64,000 nucleotides of DNA from a virus. Its lineage: Duplodnaviria > Caudoviricetes. Where the stretch lies: the IMG/VR virus record IMGVR_UViG_3300005512_000001, positions 64,001 to 128,000 of that record, one strand, 5' to 3'. The notes under the pieces are model-generated. The model saw nothing but the letters and a program-made list of their open reading frames with translations, had not been told where the DNA came from and did not search any database. Shown in pieces: positions 41,724 to 51,667 of this stretch (the first letter of the stretch is position 1; the number at the start of each line of letters is the position of its first letter). A program made the translations under genes and the position numbers.

Positions 41724-41775
41724 GGAGATGCCCGGATTCGAACCGGGCGATTGTACTTGCTGTACCCGTATCTCC
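41724..41775 (-). ncRNA. degenerate tRNA-like element (acceptor stem plus T-arm, no D-arm)
   Basis: GGAGAT...CCCGG-TTCGAAT-CCGGG-C-ATCTCC; single internal GTAC/GTAC hairpin. Confidence 0.45.
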
Positions 41776-41783
41776 ATGAGACG

Positions 41784-41810
41784 GGGGGAGTCCCATTTCG
41801 GGACTCCCCC
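41784..41810. terminator. intrinsic terminator
   Basis: GGGGGAGTCCC / GGGACTCCCCC directly after stop of the 41820 gene. Confidence 0.7.
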
Positions 41811-41819
41811 CTTTGGCCG

Positions 41820-42263
41820 CTAGGCCGTGGCGGTCTCGGCTTCCTCGACCGGGGCATCGGCGTCGTCCGGTTCGGGGTCGGTGGTGTCGGCGGCGATCGA
41901 CTCCAGGACGATGAAGTCGGAGACCTTACCGGGCGCGTAGCCCTTCTTGGTCCACGCCTTCCACTTGTCGGAGTCGGGGGCCGGGAGCGGGTGCGTCATG
42001 CACTCGGCGTCGTAGCCCTTGCCGAGTCGCTGTTCGTCGCCCGAACCGTAGACGTTGGCCGACGTGAAGGTGTTCTCCTGGCGGTTGATCGCCAAGATGG
42101 ACACGGCGGCAGTGCCGAAATCGTGGTCCATGCCCTTGACCAGCACTTCGGAGGCCGGGATGGGCTTCCCGAGGATGCCAAACCGCTTGCGGGCTTGGGC
42201 CTTCGAGAGGCTGGGGGTCTCGGGGATTTCGACGGTCTCGGTCTTCGCGTTCTTCCTCGGCAT
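41820..42263 (-). CDS. hypothetical protein, paralog of 36875 gene
   Basis: AGGAG RBS, very GC-rich third positions, two tandem promoters upstream. Confidence 0.85.
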   Translation of the reverse strand: MPRKNAKTETVEIPETPSLSKAQARKRFGILGKPIPASEVLVKGMDHDFGTAAVSILAINRQENTFTSANVYGSGDEQRLGKGYDAECMTHPLPAPDSDKWKAWTKKGYAPGKVSDFIVLESIAADTTDPEPDDADAPVEEAETATA

Positions 42264-42323
42264 GGTTGAATCTCCTATATCGTCAACCGTGTTATCAAAG
42301 GGGCGGCGTTCGCCCCGCATCTC

Positions 42324-43071
42324 TTTGTGTCGCACCGTTCGCTGCCGGTCAATTGCCAGTGAAGGTCGTCGTTGTCTCCAATTCCCGACAAAAAGTGGTG
42401 TTGCGCCAGCCGGTCGCGGTCAATTGGGTGGTTGGTGGGACAACTGGGTATTTAGATCGGTGCCCCAGTGGCCTTGAACTCGGCCCAGAATTCATCACTC
42501 CACTCCTCGTATTCAACTACCGAATCATCGGCGTTGATGACTGCCTCCGCGAGATCTGAGGCGTCGAGGAAGTCGTAAAGGTCTCGCCTGTTAACGCCAT
42601 CCTCACCAGCGTGGAGGATATCGAGTTTGCCATTCTCCACCCCGCAATACGCCCATCCGGGACCAAATCCAACCCATACATCGATCGGAATCATGGCTCT
42701 GGCATCATCCTCTTGGGGTGATTTCACCCATCCGAAGTTGCTGACTCGGAATTTCCCCCCATCGGCTCGGATCAGGACGTTGGGGAATGCCGGTCGGCTA
42801 TGTCCCATGTACAACTTGTCGCCATTGTCGAATTCCACATAGGCATAACATTCATGGCCTCGTACTTTTGTCGCTTTCATCCCAATCTCCTAGAAGTGGT
42901 GGTCTTTCGCTCGGTTTTATAGTGTCGCGCCAGCTCACGCCGGCCAATTGGGTATTTCCCACCTAACTACGAGCTGCCCCGTCCTCAGTTAACGTCGCCT
43001 TATCCGTTCGTGAACCACCCCAAATGCCCTTCCCGACAAAAAGTGGTGTTGCGCCAGCCGGTCGCGGTCAA
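42324..43071 (-). promoter_or_regulatory. four C-for-T promoters
   Basis: TTGACC-N17-CACAAA (42324-42352), TTGACC-N17-CACCAC (42395-42423, identical copy at 43043-43071), TTGGCC-N17-CACTAT (42919-42947). Confidence 0.75.
42452..42880 (-). CDS. hypothetical protein
   Basis: AGGAG RBS, own promoter. Confidence 0.7.
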   Translation of the reverse strand: MKATKVRGHECYAYVEFDNGDKLYMGHSRPAFPNVLIRADGGKFRVSNFGWVKSPQEDDARAMIPIDVWVGFGPGWAYCGVENGKLDILHAGEDGVNRRDLYDFLDASDLAEAVINADDSVVEYEEWSDEFWAEFKATGAPI

Positions 43072-45093
43072 TTACTTGGACCCTGCTTAGGGGAAGGAAT
43101 ACATGGGTATATGGGTAACTATGGGGGAATACATGGGTATTCCTCGGGTAGTACATTAAGTGTTTTTCCGACGCGTAATATATTTCCGCGTGAAGGGTTT
43201 GGATATTTGTTATCCAGTATTTTTAGCGTCAGCGTCAGCGTCAGCGTCAGCGTCAGCGTCAGCGTTGGAAACGATGGAAACGACGAGGGTCCACTGGGTC
43301 CACCCGCCATATGACATACATTAGAATCATTGCGATTAACCCACCAGACCCAGCAAAGCAAAGTTGCAATGCCATAAATGTATCACTAGAATCCCACGGC
43401 ATGTCCTCATACCAAGACACACGAAGATATAGCATCATATTAATAGCGGCGACCGAACCACTAAACCATGCTATGCAGATGGCTATCAGTATGGACAACG
43501 TTGGTTCCCCTCGTCGTTTCCATCGTTTCCGTCGTTTCCATCGTTTCCATCGTTGATGTCTTTCATAAAACGATGAAGAAGATTAAGGTAATCATAACAT
43601 GCTATATCTAAAGATTCTTCATCGTGTATTGTTTCCAATAATGTTTCATGCAGGCACGACGCATAAGCATTCAGCCGCAGTGTCCTAGGGCTATTCATAA
43701 TATACCAAATCTTCTCTAAGCCGCCAAATTCCCACGCCCACATAAAAAATACCATATTGCCATTATAGTCGCGCAATCTTTGCAACATATCAGCTATGCA
43801 GCTAAGAAGAGCATCAACCATGTCTTCTGTGTGTTCTGTGTGTTCTGTGTGTTCTGTGTCTTTTGTGTGTTCATTCATCTCGTTCAAATTGCACCACCAA
43901 ACTAATATAAATAGCGCAAGATAATGGCCCAAATATGAATGATATTATGCTGAAGAATACATCGTCGATGGAGTCCGGATGATTATGGCCCCAAGTTATG
44001 CCATACCGTATATGCATCCACACCAATAGCCCAAAGGCGAGCATCCCAAAACTGAACCAATAGATAATAAACCAAGCAGGTGGCATATTATTCCACTAAC
44101 ATCTTCAGGCAATTGAGTGTAGGTGCCATTGCGTCAGCGAGACAGCAGAGAGATATTATAACACAGGCAACAAAGCCTCCTGTATACACTAGACCAATAA
44201 GCACCATATGTGCACCAGCATTGCATATGGTCTCTTGCTTACGCCAAACCGTACCACAGTGCTTATCCCTCATTTCTTGTGTAATAGTTGCATCAAAGGC
44301 CCCACGCAAGTCTTTTATGCGCCGATGCATTACTTTAATGCTCCTACGCCCAATAACAGCAATTATTATTGCGAGCAGACCTAGACCCGCCGCAAATACT
44401 AGCTGCCTGTTCTGGTACTCCTGAATCACTTGCTGACATAAAGGTGCAGCTGCATTCGCCGCATCACCAAGCTTGTCTGCTACTTTGTCGATAACTTCGT
44501 TTACTTGTTCTGCTGGCGACCCCATTTACGTCTCCTGTGCTGGTTGCTGGTTTCTGGGTATCTAATTGATTCGCTCAATTATGTTGCCTCGAAGAGTTAT
44601 TCTGGGCAACTATATGCTTCCTCAATTTCATTAATGCTAGCAATCTGGTCTATAGCATCGCCATATCGGATGCCCGGAATGGCCTTTTCTAAATCCAGGA
44701 ATTCTACAACACCAACCATCCATTTGCCGTTAACGCGAACCAAGACCTCCTGGCCCTCATTCAGGTTAGCACTGGTGAGGTTTAATTCTTGGAATTGGAC
44801 ACCCTGGCAGGCTGTGCAAATGCAGCACCGACAAGAAGGGGAATCCCCACTGGTGCTCTCCATATTGTTGTAATAAGTGCTGCCGCATCTTACACATGTA
44901 AATTGTGACATTGTGGTCTCCTAACGTTTTAAAGTGGCCCAAAAATCAAAATACATCAAAGAATGTTTGGCATTACAACGTTACGGTCGAGAGGAAGAAA
45001 AAAGAGTTTCTTTATTGTAGTAATTTATAATCTAGGCACCTACCATTTCATTAGCAAAGATGCAAATAGATTCAGCAGAATAACAGGTATTCG

Positions 45094-45546
45094 TTATTCA
45101 ATTACTTCCAAAGTATTCAACAGAATTTGTTTAAGCTCATCAGAAAATCCAAACCTATTCTGATTTATTTCAATACTCTTGCGAATATCCCCGTCGTTGT
45201 GTCGCAAAGTTGCAGCTTTCCAATCGCACAGCATTTCAACGATATCAATAAGGTTCATACCTTTAACACCATCTTCAAAATGCTCCGGATGATGCCTATT
45301 AGTGGCGTAGTGGTGGTCTAGGGCAGGCTTCATAGCTTTCAAGTACTTCTGATATTCATCAGACCCATAAGTGCAACCGGCGAGCTTCGGAGTATACTCG
45401 TTGAATGTCGAAAGCTCGGGTTCTTGTAACTTAGAGGCATCATGGATAGGACGCCTCGCAGTTAATGCGATTCCCATTTTAAAAAGAAGTTCTTGTACAT
45501 GGTCAATATGCTCTCGGGTGGCAGGTCTGGAATCTTCTTCTGTCAT
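45094..45546 (-). CDS. DUF5662 / HD-like protein
   Basis: HDASK, HHY..NRHHPEH, EMLCDW. Confidence 0.8.
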   Translation of the reverse strand: MTEEDSRPATREHIDHVQELLFKMGIALTARRPIHDASKLQEPELSTFNEYTPKLAGCTYGSDEYQKYLKAMKPALDHHYATNRHHPEHFEDGVKGMNLIDIVEMLCDWKAATLRHNDGDIRKSIEINQNRFGFSDELKQILLNTLEVIE

Positions 45547-46717
45547 AATATATCCTAAATTATGGATTGATTTTCTTGGGTCCCATCAATATGGGATTTT
45601 AGTTGCCCATTGCGGCTATTGCTTTTATAATGTTTTCCCGACTTGCTAGAATTTCTGGTCTTATTCGCATGTCTTCGACAAATTCGCCCACCAAAAAACC
45701 AAGATGATAATGGGTTGTGTGGTCTATTGGGTCGTCAATAAAATGAATTCCATTACGCCCATAATATACTATTAGGCAGCCAGTTATATCTTCGTCCACT
45801 AATATATCATATGGGCATATTTGCTCCATGCGTAATAGGAACACATTCGGCACAACAGATGGGTCTGTAACATCTAAAAAATGATTATCTTCAATTCTAT
45901 AAAATTCAACCGACTCGATAGCAAAAATGGGGTCGTCTACTATTTGTGGAATTTTAATCATAACTTATGTTTCTAGTGACCTAATATTATTAATATGCTC
46001 TTCTCGGCATATTAAATTAATACCAAATTTCTCAGCAAATTTCCTATCGCTGAATATCCGCCTTAGAAAGTCCACATCAGCAATTTCATCCTTAGAATCG
46101 AAATTATCAGGTGCCCACCAGGTTGTGTTATCATTTTGGCACTCTAATACAATGCTACCGTCGGGAACTTCGAATTCATATTGTGTATCACGCTCGTGGT
46201 TATAATTTAGATTGATTTCTATGATTTCATATAGATTAAAGACGCTGCGGCCAACTTTTATAAAGGCTGGTTTTCTTTCTGGCATGATTATGTAATCTCT
46301 AATGCGTTAAAACGAGAAGCGGCCTTTGATTTCTTGCGTTTGTACCGAACACGTTTTTTCTTTTCTATTGGGTCTACATCTTTTCGCCTATCGTGTTTAT
46401 TGTTGAAGAATTTAGAACGCTTAGCACCACTTTTTATTCTTGACGAAATATTAGCCCTAGCGTGGTCTGGTCGTAATGTGGTTTTTATGACAATCACATC
46501 AGGCGTCGGGGCACAAACAAACACTACATTACTATTGGTTTTTTCGCAACGTGACATAACAAGAAAGTCATCAGAAGCTTGTCCACCACCCCATAATACG
46601 CCTTGGTAATACATTGCCCGCATTATGCCACAAACATTTATTCTAGCTAAATCTGGCATAATCTCTTTAAACCGTTCAGCAGCATGTCTAGACGCTATGA
46701 TTGGCTTATTCGTGGGT

Positions 46718-47041
46718 TTATCCACGATGCACCTCCGAATCAGCCCAACCTGCGACCTTGTTGCGTGCATCTTTAAGCAGACAGACTGCTTCGGTGAGCA
46801 ACTCGTGCTGTCCAGCCTGCTCCACCACATCAATAGCTATATTAATTGCTTTTTCTTGCTCTGTTAATTGGTTCTCACCCAAACGCTTAGGCGATGCGTC
46901 TGGCTCTATAACCGGCTCTACTAGACGTGGAAACACACCTCTTGCTCTAATTTTCGCAGTAGCTTCTAATCTATCTGTGGCTCGGATAGTATCCATAATT
47001 GTGCCGCCTGTTGAATCTATTGCCTCAAATTTAAATAACAT
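46718..47041 (-). CDS. protein with PilC/GspF N-terminal-like segment
   Basis: AAGGAG RBS; FKFEAIDSTG...DTIRA.D..EA..KIR.RG.FP. Confidence 0.5.
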   Translation of the reverse strand: MLFKFEAIDSTGGTIMDTIRATDRLEATAKIRARGVFPRLVEPVIEPDASPKRLGENQLTEQEKAINIAIDVVEQAGQHELLTEAVCLLKDARNKVAGWADSEVHRG

Positions 47042-47055
47042 TTTAAACTCTCCTT

Positions 47056-47385
47056 TTAAAATGCAACTACTAGTAGTTGGCATATATGCAATGCTTGGTC
47101 TATGCACAAATGCCTGAGGAATTTCGTGTTATCTTGTTGTTGTACCTTCCAGCTGTCAATAACGAAGTGCCCGACAACCAGGAAGGGAATCTTTTGCCAC
47201 ACTAAGACTTTAAAGATTGCTAAAGGTATGCAAACAATCCCAGCCCAAGCAATACAATGTGCTAACATTATTATCGAATGTTTCCCTTTATTAGTAGCCA
47301 CATAGTCGCCTTGAATGCACCAGTCAGCAATGACATGTGCCACAAGTAACCACCATAATAGCCATATTATCATTTCTGCTGTCAT
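47056..47385 (-). CDS. DUF3307 membrane protein
   Basis: H.IADW..Q, H, H..ID, DQALH motifs. Confidence 0.75.
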   Translation of the reverse strand: MTAEMIIWLLWWLLVAHVIADWCIQGDYVATNKGKHSIIMLAHCIAWAGIVCIPLAIFKVLVWQKIPFLVVGHFVIDSWKVQQQDNTKFLRHLCIDQALHICQLLVVAF

Positions 47386-47827
47386 TTTTCTCGCTCCTGC
47401 TATTAGTGCCGCCGAATATTGTTGACAGAAACTACCAACCTATTGTAACAATACTGCGAATAATTGTTTTAATGTGTTTTAGTATTGTGCGCAAGATTAA
47501 TTGGAGAAAATTCAAACCCGTTAGGACAGTCCATATCGATTGCATTAGAAATATTGATATAGTGGCCTATGACCAAAAAGGTCGATTATATGAAAAAGAT
47601 TTAGCAAACCCAAACGACCCCATGCCTATGTTGTTTTGGGCATGCATTATGCCTCTTGGAAATTGGTTGCCGATAGATATTGGTTTTAACTATGATGGGT
47701 ATGTTTTTGGGTGGCGGGGCAAAAGATTGTCATCATTGCCTGAGCACGAATATTATTGGAGGGAATGTGTGTGGTTTACTGAAGGCGATAGGGATTTTAT
47801 GTTCAATAGCTTCACAAAAGAGATGTT

Positions 47828-48133
47828 TTAACCACTCTCTTTTGCTTTTTTGCCAGCTGATTCCATTTTTGCAAGTCTTGTGTAATAATCTGGCAATTCT
47901 TTGAGATGGGCAAGAGCGATTTTGCCAGTCGCTACTAAATCATCATCAGTAACGTTAGTCTGCTCATCTTTAGTCCCGTGTTCTAATTCCACTTCCATCC
48001 CCATGCGGAATTCTTCTAAGTCATATTGGCCCCAATCAATGCCCATTTCATTACCAACTTCTTTGGCCTGCTCAGCGGTAAATTTACCACTCATCTGGTC
48101 AGCTACATCTTGTGGTGTGTTTGGGTAGCCCAT
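47828..48133 (-). CDS. DUF5661-like protein
   Basis: MGMEVELEH...T.DD...KIALAHL.E.PDYYTRL. Confidence 0.75.
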   Translation of the reverse strand: MGYPNTPQDVADQMSGKFTAEQAKEVGNEMGIDWGQYDLEEFRMGMEVELEHGTKDEQTNVTDDDLVATGKIALAHLKELPDYYTRLAKMESAGKKAKESG

Positions 48134-48172
48134 ATTATATTTTTGATGCCGATTAACCAAATATATAATATA

Positions 48173-48652
48173 ATGAAATGCAAAAGAATATCCGGATTCG
48201 AGAACGAGTATGTTGTTTCTAGGAATGGACGTGTATTTAGGAAGCTCAAGAATGGGCATAGTGAAATCTCCCCATCTACTAATGAAGATGGCTACAGGAC
48301 TGTTGTGCTATATAAAGATGGGGAACCAACATTTAGATATGTGCATGATCTCGTTGCACAATCTTGGATGGATAACCCAGATAGCAAGGGATATGTGAAC
48401 CATAAAGATGGCGATAAATCTAATAATAACGGAGATAATTTAGAATTTGCCGATGCCTCAGAAAACACTAAACACGCTTACGATAAAGGTTTGGCCAAAG
48501 GCCCAAAAGGTGAAACCAACGGTAAATCTAAGTTAACCAAAGCACAAGTCGCTAAAATACGAAGTTCAAAAGAGTCAGGGGTTAAATTGGCGGACATGCA
48601 TAATGTCGATCCAGCGACGATCAGCTTAATCCGGAACAAGCGTAGGTGGTGA
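48173..48652 (+). CDS. NUMOD4/HNH homing endonuclease
   Basis: Y.VS..GRV, VH.LVA, VNHKDGDK.NN...NLE, EN..HA; C-terminal HTH. Confidence 0.85.
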   Translation: MKCKRISGFENEYVVSRNGRVFRKLKNGHSEISPSTNEDGYRTVVLYKDGEPTFRYVHDLVAQSWMDNPDSKGYVNHKDGDKSNNNGDNLEFADASENTKHAYDKGLAKGPKGETNGKSKLTKAQVAKIRSSKESGVKLADMHNVDPATISLIRNKRRW

Positions 48653-49530
48653 ATCCTTTTTTAGAAGCGGGCATATACTCTTTGCATCCTCATAAGACTT
48701 GATGTTAGGTTCTTCTTTGCATCCCACCAAAACAAACGAATTCGTTTTGGTGTCTTCACACACCCTGCTTGCACACTTCCAGCAAAATGGTATTCTCATT
48801 ATGTCTCCAACTTCGCAATAGTTGTCCAATGTCCAGATTATTGAAGCACAATAATCTTTAGTTTTTTATTTGTATTTATATTATTGTCCTATCTTTGTAA
48901 CACACAACAGCATAAAAGACAATTATGAAGTCATACCTAATAATTTAACGGAGTGCGACATGCCTGAAGGTATCATTTCTGTGACTTTGAACAAAAATTG
49001 TAATTATTGTGGCAACCCAATTACAACTAGTTGTATAACAAAAGATGATGCTGAAAGACTCGAAAATACCCTTGAAGAAGACTTATGCGACTTTTATTTA
49101 TGTGATAAGTGTGTCATAGATGCATTGTTATTAATAGGTGATTCAAAATCTATTTGCCATTTACAATAGTACAGTTCTTAAAGTTGTATCTATTTAAACC
49201 TGCTGCAAATGGGTCCCAATCTTCCATATTGCTTTCACAATATTTATTAATTGCGTCTATTATTATGCTACTATCATGTCGTGATAATAATGTAGTCTCA
49301 TATGTATAAAAATCCACTCCATCTGTTCTGACTTCGAAATAGATGGAGTGCGGCGTCTCACACCATACTTTGAACATTACTAATACGTCTGGGTCCAATA
49401 AATCCGCTTCTTTGCCATCTTTATACCCAATCATTGTGCCAACTTTGGCGGATATGATTCGCGAATCTGCATTATCAAAGCCAATTAGATGCATGTCGTC
49501 GATTTTAGCGCACATAATACTTAAATACGT

Positions 49531-50238
49531 TCACTCGTTGATTTGATTCAAAGCTGATAATATGACTTCGCAATATTCAACATCAATCATTTTGTTGTGC
49601 CGCAAAATAACACCATCAAACCCAGCCGAATAAACTTGTCTAATTGCGGTTTCGAGTCGTAAAGGTTCTATCAACTTACCTGATAGCACTTTGGATGATG
49701 CGTGGTATGATAATGTCATATCAACATAAACTGGTTTATAAAATTTAGACGCTTTGTTGAATGACGTATGAAGTAGTTCTTCCCATTCATCCCATGCTGC
49801 TGTATAGGGATGTGCCCAGCACGTAATAAACTGCAACAGCTTTAAAATATTAGGTTGGCCATATCTATTCTGTTTAAACGTACCCTCAATTGACTCTACT
49901 ATTTGTTTTGTTGTAAATGCTTTAGTTGGTGTTGGCCATAGGCTGCAAAATCCTACTTGAGAATTGTGACCGGAACAGCTGTGATAAATATCTAATAATT
50001 CGGCAATATTGTGTCGCCCAGTATTAGAGCGGCTTATATGGCTTATGTCAAGCACAGTAGGGGCATGTATAGCTTGCTCAATAAGCTTAGATTCAATATT
50101 GTTATATGCAGCGCCACCATCATATGTTAACTTGCCACCTTTTAACAAGGATGTCCATGTGATTGGAATATAATTAAAATGCAATAGCCCAATCACAGGT
50201 TTAATATTGATATCTTGATTAACTAATATTCTAAACAT
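49531..50238 (-). CDS. hypothetical protein, possible TIM-barrel glycoside hydrolase-like
   Basis: KPVY...Y and terminal G.DGVIL pattern; function call is weak. Confidence 0.4.
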   Translation of the reverse strand: MFRILVNQDINIKPVIGLLHFNYIPITWTSLLKGGKLTYDGGAAYNNIESKLIEQAIHAPTVLDISHISRSNTGRHNIAELLDIYHSCSGHNSQVGFCSLWPTPTKAFTTKQIVESIEGTFKQNRYGQPNILKLLQFITCWAHPYTAAWDEWEELLHTSFNKASKFYKPVYVDMTLSYHASSKVLSGKLIEPLRLETAIRQVYSAGFDGVILRHNKMIDVEYCEVILSALNQINE

Positions 50239-50259
50239 GGCATATTTTTGTGTGGGGTA

Positions 50260-50721
50260 TCATAAATGATAAATATTTACATTGCTTACAACTGGAACCC
50301 ATAATTCTATTATCAACGCTTTAATTACATCCCAATTTCCACCAGCCAAACCACATCCGAATTTCGGGCAGCTTATTGAGACAGCTTTCTGTTTTGCGAA
50401 TTTGGCCACTTGTGCCATAGCAGATACCAATGCACTATACCTAATCGGGGGTTGATGCCCAACCTTATTATTGATTGTCCCAGATTGTGCTATCATATTT
50501 GCTATATAAACATTATCGTACTCTATAAATTGAACCCGGCCGAGTCCAAATGCAGGTTGTTTGGATTTATACCATTCCCTATATCTTGACTCTGCTAGTG
50601 GCCATTTACTACTTATCGCACCACTAACACCAGCGCCCCAATGCCCAATATTATTGCAGACATGTGCGATAACGGTTTGATGTGCTATGTTTGTAATATC
50701 TTGGTTTACGTATTTCAGCAT
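50260..50721 (-). CDS. macro domain (ADP-ribose/Appr-1-p processing) protein
   Basis: DIT, HVCN..G.WGAGV, ANM.AQ, PKFGCGLAGG.W. Confidence 0.9.
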   Translation of the reverse strand: MLKYVNQDITNIAHQTVIAHVCNNIGHWGAGVSGAISSKWPLAESRYREWYKSKQPAFGLGRVQFIEYDNVYIANMIAQSGTINNKVGHQPPIRYSALVSAMAQVAKFAKQKAVSISCPKFGCGLAGGNWDVIKALIIELWVPVVSNVNIYHL

Positions 50722-51148
50722 TTGTTATTCTACAATACAACAAAATTATTATTAAACCTATAGAAAATTGTTGGATGTATTAAATATTACATGTCAACAG
50801 AGGATATTTGTTTTTTTATTCTAAATTTCGCACCATTGCAGCTTCCTCAATGGTCTATAGCTAGAATACTGACATATGTGGTGTTCCCATACAACCCAGA
50901 CATAAAACCATATATAAAAGCAGTTATGGTGGTTAGGCGGTTCTTGGCATATCAATTTACATCGGATTATATTGACGGCATTGAATTTAATGCTGAAACA
51001 TATAAATTCAATAAACAACAGCTTTATTTACGGCTAGGCCAAGAGCTAATAGACCCAATGAATCTAAAAGAGGTTGAGAAAGAAGTAGCTAAAGAAATTC
51101 GCTACCGTTGTGAGTCGATGTAATTGACGAACAATTTCTGGATATTTT

Positions 51149-51667
51149 TTATCTATACCGCTCCATATATGTTTTTACATGCTCCCAAGATATAGGTGCG
51201 TATTGCACAGTGTCAACCCCAACATCCATAGACCATTTTTGAGGCTGCGATATCATACCGTGGACATGCCCATGTAAATGCCAGCTACCATGGAAACTTG
51301 CATTCCATGACAGCATTGGGTAATGGCATAAGGTGACCTTTTGTGATTCTATTTTAGTATCAAGATACCCATAATATAATTTCACCTTGCTACCTAGTTG
51401 TGATTTCAATAGAGACTTATCATGGTTTCCAACAATAATTCTTATGTCATTACAGTTAATAGCATCCAGAAAAACATTTGGGTTTGTCCAAGCAAAGTCG
51501 CCTAAATGCCAATATGTGTCATTTCTACCAACAACATCATTGATATTAGCCAATTGTTCATTATTCATTTGTTCTAGTGTTTCAAACGGCCTATCACAAT
51601 ATTTTATAATATTGTAGTGATTGAAATACCTAATGGGTGTCAGCAGAAAAATAATGCTGACACCCAT
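51149..51667 (-). CDS. calcineurin-like metallophosphoesterase with disrupted first DxH motif
   Basis: H.NII..C.RPF, HLGDF, GNHD, CHYP, HLHGHVH, DVGVD; in-frame N-terminus lacks DxH. Confidence 0.8.
   Translation of the reverse strand: MGVSIIFLLTPIRYFNHYNIIKYCDRPFETLEQMNNEQLANINDVVGRNDTYWHLGDFAWTNPNVFLDAINCNDIRIIVGNHDKSLLKSQLGSKVKLYYGYLDTKIESQKVTLCHYPMLSWNASFHGSWHLHGHVHGMISQPQKWSMDVGVDTVQYAPISWEHVKTYMERYR

Larger units (their letters stand above)
36395..43090. repeat. dispersed 20-bp box family, 15 copies
   Basis: approximate consensus WTKWCWYRYACSCTRMTTRG, e.g. TTGACTTACACCCTGCTTGG at 37872. Confidence 0.75.

Noticed and set aside
41724-41775. Functional tRNA gene
   Set aside because: No D-arm and no 7-nt anticodon loop; kept only as a tRNA-like element.
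36875-42263. Paralog pair as DGR template and variable repeats
   Set aside because: Both are intact genes, differences are not adenine-specific, and no reverse transcriptase is present in the window.
36783-42559. Long plus-strand ORFs in the GC-rich island (e.g. 36956, 38381, 39305, 41751)
   Set aside because: Shadow frames of GC-rich minus-strand genes that have the RBS, promoters and paralogy.
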